This document shows, piece by piece, positions 44,188-53,599 of a stretch of 64,000 nucleotides of DNA. Below the pieces are notes generated by a model, which was given only the letters and a program-made list of their open reading frames with translations, did no database searches and was not told the DNA's origin. The first letter of the stretch is position 1, and each line of letters starts with the position of its first letter. This stretch comes from Opitutaceae bacterium. GTDB lineage: Bacteria > Verrucomicrobiota > Verrucomicrobiia > Opitutales > Opitutaceae. The DNA lies in contig SXSC01000090.1 of assembly GCA_005792355.1 (NCBI GenBank), forward strand, positions 550 through 64,549. The letters run 5' to 3'. The position numbers were made by a program, and so were the translations under genes.

Positions 44188-45717
44188 ATGAATCCCCCCT
44201 GCCTGTTGGCGGCCGTTGAGCAAGTGCCGTGGTTCAGCCTGATCGGCGGAGTCGGCGCGATCTTGCTCGTCGTGTTTGTCTTCGGCGGCATCTGGGCCAG
44301 CCGTTACACCAAGGTCGGCCCCAACGAGGTGCTCATCATCTCGGGCCGCAAGCGGCACATGGTCGATCCCGACGGCACGGCGCGCGAGGTCGGCTATCGC
44401 ATCGTCAAGGGCGGCGGCGTCTTCGTCTGGCCGGTGTTTGAGAAGGTCGACATTCTCAAGCTGGAGTTGATGACGATCGATGTGCAGACGCCCGAGGTCT
44501 ACACGAGCAAAGGTGTGCCGGTGAAGGTGGACGGCGTGGCGCAGATCAAGGTCAAGGGCGACGATATCTCCATCGCCACCGCCGCCGAGCAGTTCCTCAG
44601 CAAGACCACGGAAGATATCAAGAACATCGCCATGCAGACCCTCGAAGGGCACCTGCGCGCCATCCTCGGCACGATGACCGTCGAGGAGATTTATCAGAAC
44701 CGCGACGCGTTTGCTTCGAAGGTGCAGGAGGTCGCCGCTGGAGACATGGCCAACATGGGCCTCGGCATCGTCAGCTTTACCATCCGCGACATCCGCGACA
44801 CGCAGGGTTACCTCGACGCCCTCGGCAAGCCGCGCATCGCCCAGGTCAAGCGCGACGCGCAAATCGCCCAGGCGGAAGCCGACCGCGATGCGATGATCAA
44901 ATCATCGCAGGCCACACAGGCCGGCCAGGAGGCGAAGTTTGCCTCCGACTCGAAGATCGCCGAAGCGCAGCGCGACTATCAGAGCAACGTCGCCAGTTAT
45001 CAGGCGACGGTGAACCAGAAAAAGGCCGAGTCCGACCTCGCGTACGATTTGCAGAAATTCAAGACCGGCCAGCTCGTGAAGGCCGAGGAAGTGCAGGTGC
45101 AGATCATCGAGAAGCAGAAACAAATCGAGCTGCAGGAGCAGGAGATCAAACGCAAGCAGCGCCAGCTCGAGGCCGATGTGCAGAAGCCCGCCGACGCCGA
45201 GCGCTACAAGGTCGAGACGCTGGCGAACGCGCGCAAGTTCCAGCTGGAAGCCGAGGCCGCGGGTGCCGCGTCCGCGACGAAGGCGACCGGCTTTGCCAAC
45301 GCGGATGTGGCGAAGGCCACCGGCGTGGCCGAAGCCGAGGCGAACAAGGCCCGCGGTCTGGCCGAGGCCGCTGTCATCGAGGCGCAGGGCAAGGCGACCG
45401 CCGAAGCGATGCGCGTGAAGGCCGAGTCGTTCAAGCAATACAATCAAGCCGCCGTGATTGAGATGATTGTGCGCGTGCTCCCGGAAATTGCGGGCAAGAT
45501 CAGCGAGCCGCTGGCCAAGACGGAGAAGATCGTCATCATCAACAGCGGCAACGGCCCGGGCGGCGGCGCGAGCAAGCTGACCGGTGACGTCACCCAGATC
45601 ATCAGCCAGCTGCCACCCGTGCTGGAGAGCCTGACCGGCGTGAAATTCGAGAAATTGCTCGAACAAGTGCCCGCGATCCGCCGGGCCATGGGCAAGGACG
45701 AAGAAGGGAAAGGCTGA
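44188..45717 (+). CDS. floT: Flotillin (SPFH domain plus AEA-rich coiled coil), FloT/YuaG-like
   Basis: LEGHLRAILGTMTVEEIY, MGLGIVSFTIRDIRD..GYLDALGKPRIAQVKRDA, AEAEA repeats. Confidence 0.92.
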   Translation: MNPPCLLAAVEQVPWFSLIGGVGAILLVVFVFGGIWASRYTKVGPNEVLIISGRKRHMVDPDGTAREVGYRIVKGGGVFVWPVFEKVDILKLELMTIDVQTPEVYTSKGVPVKVDGVAQIKVKGDDISIATAAEQFLSKTTEDIKNIAMQTLEGHLRAILGTMTVEEIYQNRDAFASKVQEVAAGDMANMGLGIVSFTIRDIRDTQGYLDALGKPRIAQVKRDAQIAQAEADRDAMIKSSQATQAGQEAKFASDSKIAEAQRDYQSNVASYQATVNQKKAESDLAYDLQKFKTGQLVKAEEVQVQIIEKQKQIELQEQEIKRKQRQLEADVQKPADAERYKVETLANARKFQLEAEAAGAASATKATGFANADVAKATGVAEAEANKARGLAEAAVIEAQGKATAEAMRVKAESFKQYNQAAVIEMIVRVLPEIAGKISEPLAKTEKIVIINSGNGPGGGASKLTGDVTQIISQLPPVLESLTGVKFEKLLEQVPAIRRAMGKDEEGKG

Positions 45718-45820
45718 ACAACCGTAGGACAGAAAGGCTGAAATAACCGGCCCCGTCGCGCTCGCATCTTCGCTTCCGTCCACGACCCTTCAGCCCTTCA
45801 GTCCTTCTGCCTTTGCTCCG

Positions 45821-46651
45821 ATGCACCTCTTCGAAGCCGTGGTCGACGCCAACCGGCGGATGGTCGCCGGGGACAAGAGCGCGGTCGTGCCCGTCGCCGA
45901 ATTCCGCGCGGCGCTGCCGATCGCCGCGCTCACCTGCATCGACGCGCGCCTCAATCACGTGCTGCCCGAAATGCTCGGCCTGCCGGAGGAGCACTTCATC
46001 TGGCTGCGCAACGCCGGCAATATCATCACCGGTCCGGTCAGCAGCACGATGCGTTCGCTGGCGATGGCATGTGCGATCAAGGGCGGGAAGGAAATCGCCA
46101 TCATCGGCCACAGCGACTGCCTCGTCGGCAAGACCACCGCGATGCAGTTGCTCGAACGCTTCGCGGCGCTCGGCGTGGATCGCCAGCGGCTGCCGGAGAA
46201 CTTGGTGGAATATTTTGGCATGTTCGGCACCGAGCGGCAAAACGTGATCAAGGCGGTGGACTTCGTCCGGGCCAGCCCGCTCATCGGCGCCAAGGTGCCC
46301 GTGCACGGGCTCCTGCTCGACCTCAAGTCGGGCAAGCTCGAATGGCTGGTCAACGGCTACCAACAATTTCAGACCGTCACCGTTCCCGTCGGTCCCGGCG
46401 GCCAGGCGCTCCGGCAGGCGGGCGAGGCGCTCGAAACCCTGGGCCAAATTGGCAACCTCGCGGTCGGCGAGATGAAATTCCCCGAGACGAAAATTGGTGA
46501 ACTCGTCAAGACAGCGCATGACAGGGTGCACCAGGCGGAGAAAGTCACCGCCGCCATCGAGGGCAAGCTCGGGCCCAAGTCACTGGCCGCCGCCGCGCCG
46601 CCGCTGCTGCCGAAGATCCATTTGCCTTCGAACAAGAAGCCGCGGAGTTGA
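45821..46651 (+). CDS. Beta-class carbonic anhydrase (clade D-like) with C-terminal extension
   Basis: Zn-ligand motifs TCIDARL and GHSDC; RNAGN; VHGLLLDLKSGKLE. Confidence 0.88.
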   Translation: MHLFEAVVDANRRMVAGDKSAVVPVAEFRAALPIAALTCIDARLNHVLPEMLGLPEEHFIWLRNAGNIITGPVSSTMRSLAMACAIKGGKEIAIIGHSDCLVGKTTAMQLLERFAALGVDRQRLPENLVEYFGMFGTERQNVIKAVDFVRASPLIGAKVPVHGLLLDLKSGKLEWLVNGYQQFQTVTVPVGPGGQALRQAGEALETLGQIGNLAVGEMKFPETKIGELVKTAHDRVHQAEKVTAAIEGKLGPKSLAAAAPPLLPKIHLPSNKKPRS

Positions 46652-46742
46652 TCGGGTCTAACCCGAGTCCGGGCGGTTGGAGGCGGAGCCGTCCGCTGCC
46701 CGGCAGACTCCCCAACGGTCTGATTTGCGAGCGAATCTCCGC

Positions 46743-46769
46743 AGCCCGATGGGTACATCGGGCTCCACC
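46743..46769. repeat. REP unit related to the 6998-7024 hairpin
   Basis: AGCCCGATG-ggta-CATCGGGCT-CCACC versus AGCCCGTTG-ggga-CAACGGGCT-CCACC. Confidence 0.7.
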
Positions 46770-46846
46770 ATCTGGTGGATTTGAGAGCCAAATTGCATTT
46801 CGACCGAATCGATCCTGCCTGATTGCGCGTGGTTCGGTGGACCGTC

Positions 46847-47197
46847 TCACGTCTCGCCGGCCGGATTCCTGAGCTGTTCGCGCCAGCTTTCGATCTTGGC
46901 CTGCGCGCCAAAGTGTTCGGCGCGCGACTTGTCCCCACGTTCCATCCAGATGCGCGACAGCGTCGTATTGATGAAGAGGTCCGTGGGTCGCAGGGCGTGG
47001 GCGCGCTCGGCGGCGGTCAACGCGGCATCGAGCCGGCGCAGTGAAAAATTCACCTCGGCCAGCGCATGCCAGGCTTCGAAGGAAGTGGGGGCGACCGCCG
47101 TGGCGCGGTCGAGCTTCGCGATCGCCGCGTCGCTCTCCCCAAGCGCGTAGTCGGCGGTGGCATCCTCGATCAAATTCTGGAGTTCGTCGCTGGTCAC
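46847..47197 (-). CDS. Small TPR protein
   Basis: FEAWHALAEVNFSLRRLDAALTAAERAHALRP TPR consensus. Confidence 0.8.
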   Translation of the reverse strand: MTSDELQNLIEDATADYALGESDAAIAKLDRATAVAPTSFEAWHALAEVNFSLRRLDAALTAAERAHALRPTDLFINTTLSRIWMERGDKSRAEHFGAQAKIESWREQLRNPAGET

Positions 47198-47312
47198 GCG
47201 GGCAGTGTGGGTAGGTCCGGCGAAAAAGGAAGGCCGGCGTGGCGGCTGGCCGGGCGCGAGAATCCTTCCCGGAATGACGGAGGCGCAGACCGCATTAGGA
47301 ATCCGGTTGTTT

Positions 47313-47381
47313 CGGAGGGCTGCGCTTTGCCGCCACCGCGTCCGCGATCATTGTCAACGGCTCCGACAAAACGCGCCCTCC
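47313..47381. repeat. Degenerate REP doublet
   Basis: cggagggctgcgctttgccg ... cgacaaaacgcgccctccg. Confidence 0.45.
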
Positions 47382-47450
47382 GCAGCGATCGCAACGAACG
47401 TCAAATCGGAAGGGGATTCCTCCGGCGGCGCGGAATGCGGTTGAACAACG

Positions 47451-48035
47451 TCAAACTTTCTTCGCCTCGATGTTGATGGTAATTGTGACGTCGTCGCCGA
47501 GCGCGGCGTCCAGCATCGCGGGATCGGGCATGTTGAACTGTTTCTTGTCGATCACGGTGGTCGCCTCCCAACCGGAGAGCTGCGCGCCACCCATGCCGGG
47601 GCCGAAGCCGAGCGACGCGACCTTGAGCACAACCTCGCGGGTGACGCCCTTGAGGGTGAGATCGCCGGTGACGTCGTAGCTGTTCTCGCCGGTTTTTTTC
47701 CAGGCGCGGCTCTTATACGTCATGGTCGGAAATTTCTCGGCATCGAAAAAGTCCGCGTTGCGAAGATGAGCGTCGCGCTTTTGGTTGTCGGTGTTGATCG
47801 ACGCAATGTCGATGGTGGCCTCGACGGAGCTGTTCGCGAGGTTGTCACGGTCGAGGGTGAGCTTGCCGCTGAACTTGCTGAACTTGCCGGGAACCTTGGA
47901 GACGAAATGCCGGATGCTGAAGCCCACGGCCGAGTGGACCACGTCGATGGTGTGGGTTTCCACGGCCGCGGTGGAGGCGTGACTGAAGCCCACGGCAAAT
48001 ACGGCCGCGAAGACGAGATGGGAGGTGATTTTCAT
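47451..48035 (-). CDS. YceI-family polyisoprenoid-binding periplasmic protein
   Basis: Signal peptide; IDVVHSAVGFSIRH, SINTDNQKRDAHLRNADFFDAEKFP, GDLTLKGVTREV. Confidence 0.93.
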   Translation of the reverse strand: MKITSHLVFAAVFAVGFSHASTAAVETHTIDVVHSAVGFSIRHFVSKVPGKFSKFSGKLTLDRDNLANSSVEATIDIASINTDNQKRDAHLRNADFFDAEKFPTMTYKSRAWKKTGENSYDVTGDLTLKGVTREVVLKVASLGFGPGMGGAQLSGWEATTVIDKKQFNMPDPAMLDAALGDDVTITINIEAKKV

Positions 48036-48240
48036 GATATGGGGTGCGGAACCAACGCGGGTTCTCCGGAAAGGCAACCGATGGGCTGACATATCCATCC
48101 GGTGCCCACCCGGGTTAGGCGAGGCCGAATCTCCCAAACGTTCGATGTCCGGTGGCAGGGGCACGTCGCCCGGGTTGGTTGGCGACGGTCGTGATGGGTT
48201 CGCGGGAGGCGGTGGTGCAGTGTGCGGGTGGCTGCTCTGA

Positions 48241-48271
48241 AAATGAAAACGCCGGGCCCGGCGGCCCGGCG
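48241..48271 (-). terminator. Probable intrinsic terminator of the azurin gene
   Basis: 9-bp stem CGCCGGGCC/GGCCCGGCG followed on the minus strand by TTTTCATTT, ~35 bp past the stop. Confidence 0.6.
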
Positions 48272-48304
48272 GAAATTTGACGCAGCACCCTGAGCGCGAT
48301 CCGG

Positions 48305-48766
48305 CTATTTGACCGTCAACGTGCCCTTCATGATCATGAAGTGACCCGGGAAGGAACAAACGTAATGATACACGCCGGCCGCTGGAGCCGTGAAGGTGAC
48401 TTCACCGGACTTCTTGGGTCCCTGCACCCCGACGAAGGCGATGACCTTGTCCTTGTGCTTCGGGGCGATGTAGTCGGTGTCCTTGGCCATCATCGAGTCC
48501 GTCGCAAAAGCCATGACATCGGTTCCGGCCTTCAGCAGGATCCAATTGTGGCCCATGGCCTCCTTCGGCAGGGTGCCGACGTTGGTAAACACCACTTTCA
48601 GCGACTCGCCCGCAGCCGCGGTCATGGCGGTGACGGTGTACTGCATCTGGTCGTTGCCCGCGATTTCAATTACGCGGGGGGCGCTTGGCGCCGCTGCCTG
48701 CAGCTGGCTGAGGCCGACCGGGCTCACGGCGGCGAGGAGGGAAAGGAGGAGGAGGTGTTTTTTCAT
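48305..48766 (-). CDS. Azurin/auracyanin-like type-1 blue copper protein
   Basis: Signal peptide; GNDQMQY, MGHNWIL, YVCSFPGHFMIMKG (His/Cys/His/Met ligands). Confidence 0.92.
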   Translation of the reverse strand: MKKHLLLLSLLAAVSPVGLSQLQAAAPSAPRVIEIAGNDQMQYTVTAMTAAAGESLKVVFTNVGTLPKEAMGHNWILLKAGTDVMAFATDSMMAKDTDYIAPKHKDKVIAFVGVQGPKKSGEVTFTAPAAGVYHYVCSFPGHFMIMKGTLTVK

Positions 48767-49069
48767 GGCGTCGGGAAATCTGGGAGGAGTCGGACGACAT
48801 GCAATCCCGAAGCGCGGATTCCACTTCGCCATCGTTCCTGAGGCGCCGCCGCTGTGCGTGCCGCACGCCTTGTCCTGCACCCTGCGCATTTATTGTCTTT
48901 GGCTAATGCAATCCGTAGCCGTGCTGATAACAGGCCCGAAACGATTGTGATCGACCAAAAGACAGCGGAATAGTCCGGATTATGGCTTGAAATGGTTATT
49001 TGTTCGCCAACTCTGCTGGCTTTTTTGGCGTCAGCTCCCTCCCACCTTATTCGCTTCCCGACAGCTCAC

Positions 49070-50323
49070 ATGCCCAATCTTCTTTCGTCACTGTCCCGTT
49101 GGGGCCGCGCGCTTGCCGCGCTCTCCGGCCTCGCGCTGCTCTCCGGGTGCGATCTGAATTTTTGGCGGATGGACGGCCACCAGTCGACCATCGTGGTCGA
49201 GGGTCCCGTCGCACTTGATCAACTGAAGGTTTTCTACGTCACGTGCTGGGTCACGTTGTTCATTTTTGTGGTCGTCGGAGCGGTGCTGGCTTACGCGACG
49301 ATCAAGTTTCGGGCCAAGAGCGAAGCCGATGAGCATGCCGCGCCTCCGCCGCAGGGTCATGGCAATCCGCTGGTCGAACTCGGGCTGATCGGTGGCTCGG
49401 TCCTGGCGTTGGTGATCATCGCGGTGCCGACGCTCAAGTCCATCTGGTATACCCATGATGTGCCGGAGGCCGAGAAGAAGAACGCGTACGAGGTCACAGC
49501 CACGGGTTATCAATGGTGGTTCAAATTTGAATACCCGGGCGAACTGGCGGCGCTCGATGCCGCCGGCGCCAAGGCGCCGCTGGTCACCGGCAACGAATTG
49601 GTGATTCCCGCCGGCCGGCCGATCCGCGTCCACCTGCGGACGGTCGACGTGATCCACTCCTTCTGGGTGCCCAAGCTCGCGGGCAAGGTGGACATGATTC
49701 CGAACCGCGCGAATTTTCTTTGGCTCCAGGCCGACAAGCCTGGTTATTATTGGGGACAATGCGCGGAGTTCTGTGGTGACTCCCACGCCGTGATGCGCTT
49801 TCGCGTGATTGCGCTGGCGGAGAAAGAATTTTCCGAGTGGCGCGAGCAGCAATTGGGCACCGCCCGGAGCGTGGCGCCCCGCGCCGCCGAGGCGAATCGG
49901 CCGAAGTTGCAGGTCGCGGCGTTGAAGGCCTTCCGGCAGAATGAGGCCGGCATCACCGACAAGTTTGATCGCAACCCGGTCGAGGCGTGGCTGGCGAAAC
50001 AGTTGCCGGAAAAAAACGAGGACCCGGTGCTCATCGCGCAGGGCAGACAGCTCTTCACCACGAAAACTTGCAGCGCCTGCCATGCGGTCCGCGGTCACGG
50101 GTCCATGGGCATCCAAGGCCCCGATCTCACGCACGTGGGCTCCCGCTCCACGATTGCGGCCGGCCTGATCGAAAACAACGCGGAGCAGCTTCGCCGCTGG
50201 CTGCGCGATCCGGAGTCGGTGAAGCCCGGCAACAAGATGGCGAAAGCCTATCGGGACAACAAGATCACGCTGAGCGACGAGGAACAGGTGGCGCTCGTGG
50301 CCTACCTCGAGAGTCTGAAATAA
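49070..50323 (+). CDS. coxB: Cytochrome c oxidase subunit II with fused cytochrome c (caa3-type)
   Basis: Lipobox LLSGC; GYQWWF, DVIHSFW, CuA motif CAEFCGDSHAVM; heme motif CSACH. Confidence 0.96.
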   Translation: MPNLLSSLSRWGRALAALSGLALLSGCDLNFWRMDGHQSTIVVEGPVALDQLKVFYVTCWVTLFIFVVVGAVLAYATIKFRAKSEADEHAAPPPQGHGNPLVELGLIGGSVLALVIIAVPTLKSIWYTHDVPEAEKKNAYEVTATGYQWWFKFEYPGELAALDAAGAKAPLVTGNELVIPAGRPIRVHLRTVDVIHSFWVPKLAGKVDMIPNRANFLWLQADKPGYYWGQCAEFCGDSHAVMRFRVIALAEKEFSEWREQQLGTARSVAPRAAEANRPKLQVAALKAFRQNEAGITDKFDRNPVEAWLAKQLPEKNEDPVLIAQGRQLFTTKTCSACHAVRGHGSMGIQGPDLTHVGSRSTIAAGLIENNAEQLRRWLRDPESVKPGNKMAKAYRDNKITLSDEEQVALVAYLESLK

Positions 50324-50384
50324 GCGGGTGCTCCACCCGCCGCCCGCCCTCCTTCATTATCATTTAGAACCAATCCCACGACTC

Positions 50385-52364
50385 ATGGACGCAACGGCCA
50401 AACCTGCCTACCTCACCAAGGAGGAGCAAACTCCCGCGAGACCGAAATTCCTCGCGCACCCCACGGCCAAGACGGGCCTGATGGGCTGGCTCACCACCGT
50501 CGATCACAAGAAGATTGGATTCCTCTACGGCTTCTTCGCGCTGATTTTCTTTCTCGTGGGCGGCTTTGAGGCGCTGCTCATCCGCACGCAGCTCATGGTG
50601 CCGAACAACGATGTGCTGACGGCGCAGCAGTACAACACGCTGTTCACGATGCACGGCACCACGATGATTTTTCTCGCGGTCATGCCGCTGTCCTCGGCCT
50701 TTTTTAATTTCATCATGCCGCTGCAGATTGGGGCGCGCGATGTCGCCTTCCCTCGGCTCAACGCTTTCTCGCTGTGGACGTTTGTCGCCGGCGCGATCAT
50801 CCTGAACATCGGTTGGTTCCTGCCTTCCGCCACCCATGGCGCGCCTGACGGCGGCTGGTTCGGTTATGCTCCACTGACCTCGAAGCAATACATCCCGAAG
50901 CACTCGATCGACTACTGGGTGATGGGTCTCCAATTGCTCGGCGTCGCCTCGATTGCGGCTTCGCTCAACTTCATCGTCACAATTATCAACATGCGGGCGC
51001 CAGGCATGACCATGATGCGTCTGCCGGTGTTCGTCTGGATGACGCTGGTCACTTCGTTCCTCATCATCCTGTCGTTCCCCGCGATCACCATCGCCCTGGT
51101 CGAGTTGATGATGGACCGCAATTTTGGCACCAGCTTCTTCGAAGTTTCCGGTGGCGGCATGCCGATTCTCTGGCAGCACTTGTTCTGGGTCTTCGGCCAT
51201 CCGGAGGTCTACATCCTGATTTTGCCGGCGATGGGAATCGTGTCGGAGATTCTGCCGACCTTTGCGCGCAAGCCGCTCTATGGCTATCCCATCGTGGTTT
51301 TTTCGGGCGCGTGCATCGGCTTCCTTGGATTCGCGGTGTGGAGCCACCACATGTTCACGACCGGCATGGGCACGGTGGCCACCGCGGCATTTTCGCTGGC
51401 GACCATGGCCATCGCGGTGCCGACCGGGGTGAAAATCTTCAACTGGATTGGCACGCTCTGGGGCGGCCATCTGATGATGCGCACCCCCATGATGTTCGCC
51501 CTCGGTTTCGTCTGGATGTTCATGTTGGGCGGAATGTCCGGGGTCATGCACGCCGCGGCTCCGGCGGATGCGCAGCAGCAGGACTCCTACTTCGTCATCG
51601 CGCACTTCCACTACGTGCTCATCGGGGGCTCGATTTTCGCCCTGCTCGCCGGGCTGCATTATTGGTTCCCCTTGATGTTCGGCCGCAAGGTCAGCGAGTT
51701 CTGGGGCAAGCTGTCGTTCTGGGTGATATTCGTCGGCTTCAATGTCACCTTTTTCCCGATGCACTTTCTTGGACTGAACGGCATGCCGCGCCGCACGTTC
51801 ACCTATGATCACAACCTTGGGTGGAATGCCCCGAACTTCATCGCGACGATCGGTTCGTTCGTCCTCGGGATCGGCATGTTCATCTACTTCGTGGTGCTCA
51901 CCTACACCTATTTCAAGGGCGAGAAGGTGAAGAAGGACTACTGGGACGGCCGGACGCTTGAGTGGTCGATCGAAAATCCGCCGCCGGAACATAATTTCCG
52001 CGTCGTGCCCACCGTCCACGCCCGTGACGCGTGGTGGTATGAAAAGCACCATCGGGATGAAATCGCCAAGGAGAACGCCGAGCATGCCAAGGCGGAGGAG
52101 TCCCACGGCGGCATTCACATGCCCTTTGGTTCCATCTGGCCCTTTGTCACGAGCGTGGGGCTTCTCATCGGTTCGATTGGCATCTCCGCCCTCGACGCCG
52201 ATTGGAGCCCGGGAATTCACGCCAAGCTCGGCGTCACGCTCATCGGCGGTGCTGTCATGGTGATCGGCATCTATTTCTGGTCGCTGGAGGGCAACGAAGG
52301 TTACCACCTGCACCTCGACAAGGACGGCAACCCGATCAACGACGATCCCCACGCCAAGCACTGA
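50385..52364 (+). CDS. coxA: Cytochrome c oxidase subunit I (A1 family) with two extra C-terminal helices
   Basis: TVDHKKIG, TMHGTTM, FGHPEVY, VWSHHM, AHFHY, GMPRR. Confidence 0.97.
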   Translation: MDATAKPAYLTKEEQTPARPKFLAHPTAKTGLMGWLTTVDHKKIGFLYGFFALIFFLVGGFEALLIRTQLMVPNNDVLTAQQYNTLFTMHGTTMIFLAVMPLSSAFFNFIMPLQIGARDVAFPRLNAFSLWTFVAGAIILNIGWFLPSATHGAPDGGWFGYAPLTSKQYIPKHSIDYWVMGLQLLGVASIAASLNFIVTIINMRAPGMTMMRLPVFVWMTLVTSFLIILSFPAITIALVELMMDRNFGTSFFEVSGGGMPILWQHLFWVFGHPEVYILILPAMGIVSEILPTFARKPLYGYPIVVFSGACIGFLGFAVWSHHMFTTGMGTVATAAFSLATMAIAVPTGVKIFNWIGTLWGGHLMMRTPMMFALGFVWMFMLGGMSGVMHAAAPADAQQQDSYFVIAHFHYVLIGGSIFALLAGLHYWFPLMFGRKVSEFWGKLSFWVIFVGFNVTFFPMHFLGLNGMPRRTFTYDHNLGWNAPNFIATIGSFVLGIGMFIYFVVLTYTYFKGEKVKKDYWDGRTLEWSIENPPPEHNFRVVPTVHARDAWWYEKHHRDEIAKENAEHAKAEESHGGIHMPFGSIWPFVTSVGLLIGSIGISALDADWSPGIHAKLGVTLIGGAVMVIGIYFWSLEGNEGYHLHLDKDGNPINDDPHAKH

Positions 52365-52389
52365 ACCTTTCCGACCTTTCCCCGACCAC

Positions 52390-53247
52390 ATGAGCAGCCA
52401 CTCGGCCACGGCCACCATCGACCACCACCACGACCCGACCACGTCGACGGGTATTCCGAACAAGAAACTCCTGATGTGGGCGTTTCTGGCGTCGGACTGC
52501 ATGTTTTTCGGCACGCTGATTTCGACGCACCTAATCTACCGCTTGCACCCGCCGGCGGGTGGCCTGGATCCGAAGGTGATCTTCAGCCCGGAGCTCACTT
52601 CCTTTTCCACCTTCATTCTTCTGATGTCGTCGCTGATGATGGCCCTGGCCGTCACGGCGATTCAGAAGGGCAATGTGAAGAGCTGCCGCTGGTCGCTGCT
52701 CACCACGATCTTCTTCGGGCTGATCTTCCTTGGCTGCCAGGTCTACGAGTTCGATCACTTCGTGCATGAGCGAAAAATGACGATCTCGAACAGTCTCCTT
52801 GGCACGACGTTTTACACGCTGACCGGCACGCACGGTTGCCACGTCGCGATCGGCGTGCTCTGGCTCGTCTTGATGTATGTGCGTTCGTTCAAGCCGGCCG
52901 CGGGGTCGACGCAACGCACCTGGTTCTCGCATCAGCTGCTCCACTCCGTGGCGATGTTGGGTTTGCTGCTCCTGGTGCTGAAGGTCACGTTGGGACTCGT
53001 CCATGGCCTCCAGGTCGAGCCAACCATCGGCGCCGGCCTCGGCCATTTCGTGAAGCATGAATTCCTGGCGATGATCGGCCTGGTGGTCGCATTGGGTGCC
53101 TGCGTCTGGTTTGCGCGTCCGCGCGGCCCGGTCGATTTCAACGAAGTCCATGCCATCGACGTCGAGTCGATGGGCTTGTACTGGCATTTCGTCGACATCG
53201 TCTGGATCATCATCTTCACCGCCGTTTACCTGCTCGAATACCTCTGA
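52390..53247 (+). CDS. coxC: Cytochrome c oxidase subunit III (short form with internal insertion)
   Basis: MWAFLASDCMFF, FYTLTGTHGCHV, GLYWHFVDIVW. Confidence 0.92.
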   Translation: MSSHSATATIDHHHDPTTSTGIPNKKLLMWAFLASDCMFFGTLISTHLIYRLHPPAGGLDPKVIFSPELTSFSTFILLMSSLMMALAVTAIQKGNVKSCRWSLLTTIFFGLIFLGCQVYEFDHFVHERKMTISNSLLGTTFYTLTGTHGCHVAIGVLWLVLMYVRSFKPAAGSTQRTWFSHQLLHSVAMLGLLLLVLKVTLGLVHGLQVEPTIGAGLGHFVKHEFLAMIGLVVALGACVWFARPRGPVDFNEVHAIDVESMGLYWHFVDIVWIIIFTAVYLLEYL

Positions 53248-53254
53248 TCATTCC

Positions 53255-53599
53255 ATGAGCGCACCTTCCTCCTCCGCCGCCGTGCCCGCGCACGCCGATC
53301 ACGGTCACAACGAGAGCAAGTTCCAGATCTACGTGGAGATCGCGATGCTCCTCGCCGTGATCACCGGCATCGAAATCGTCGGCGTCTATCTGCCGTTTTC
53401 GAAATGGATCGTCGTGACCGGGCTCGTCGTGCTTTCGACGGTGAAGTTCATGTTCGTCATTTTTTATTTCATGCACCTGCGGTGGGACAAACCGTTCTGC
53501 ACGATCCTGTTCTTCATCGGGCTGGTGCTGGCGGGCGGCACCATGTGGGCGCTGCTCGCGTTGTTCAGTGCCGAGGCCAGTCTGCCGCTGCCAACGTAA
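53255..53599 (+). CDS. coxD: Cytochrome c oxidase subunit IV (prokaryotic)
   Basis: Three TM helices, KFMFVIFYFMHLRWD; last gene of the cox operon. Confidence 0.88.
   Translation: MSAPSSSAAVPAHADHGHNESKFQIYVEIAMLLAVITGIEIVGVYLPFSKWIVVTGLVVLSTVKFMFVIFYFMHLRWDKPFCTILFFIGLVLAGGTMWALLALFSAEASLPLPT

Noticed and set aside
45821-46651. Carboxysome link between the carbonic anhydrase and the BMC shell gene
   Set aside because: The genes are 10 kb apart, no RuBisCO is in the window, and the shell protein is metabolosome-like.
48890-49069. FNR/CRP site upstream of the cox operon
   Set aside because: Only a TGTGA half-site is visible, with no matching second half.
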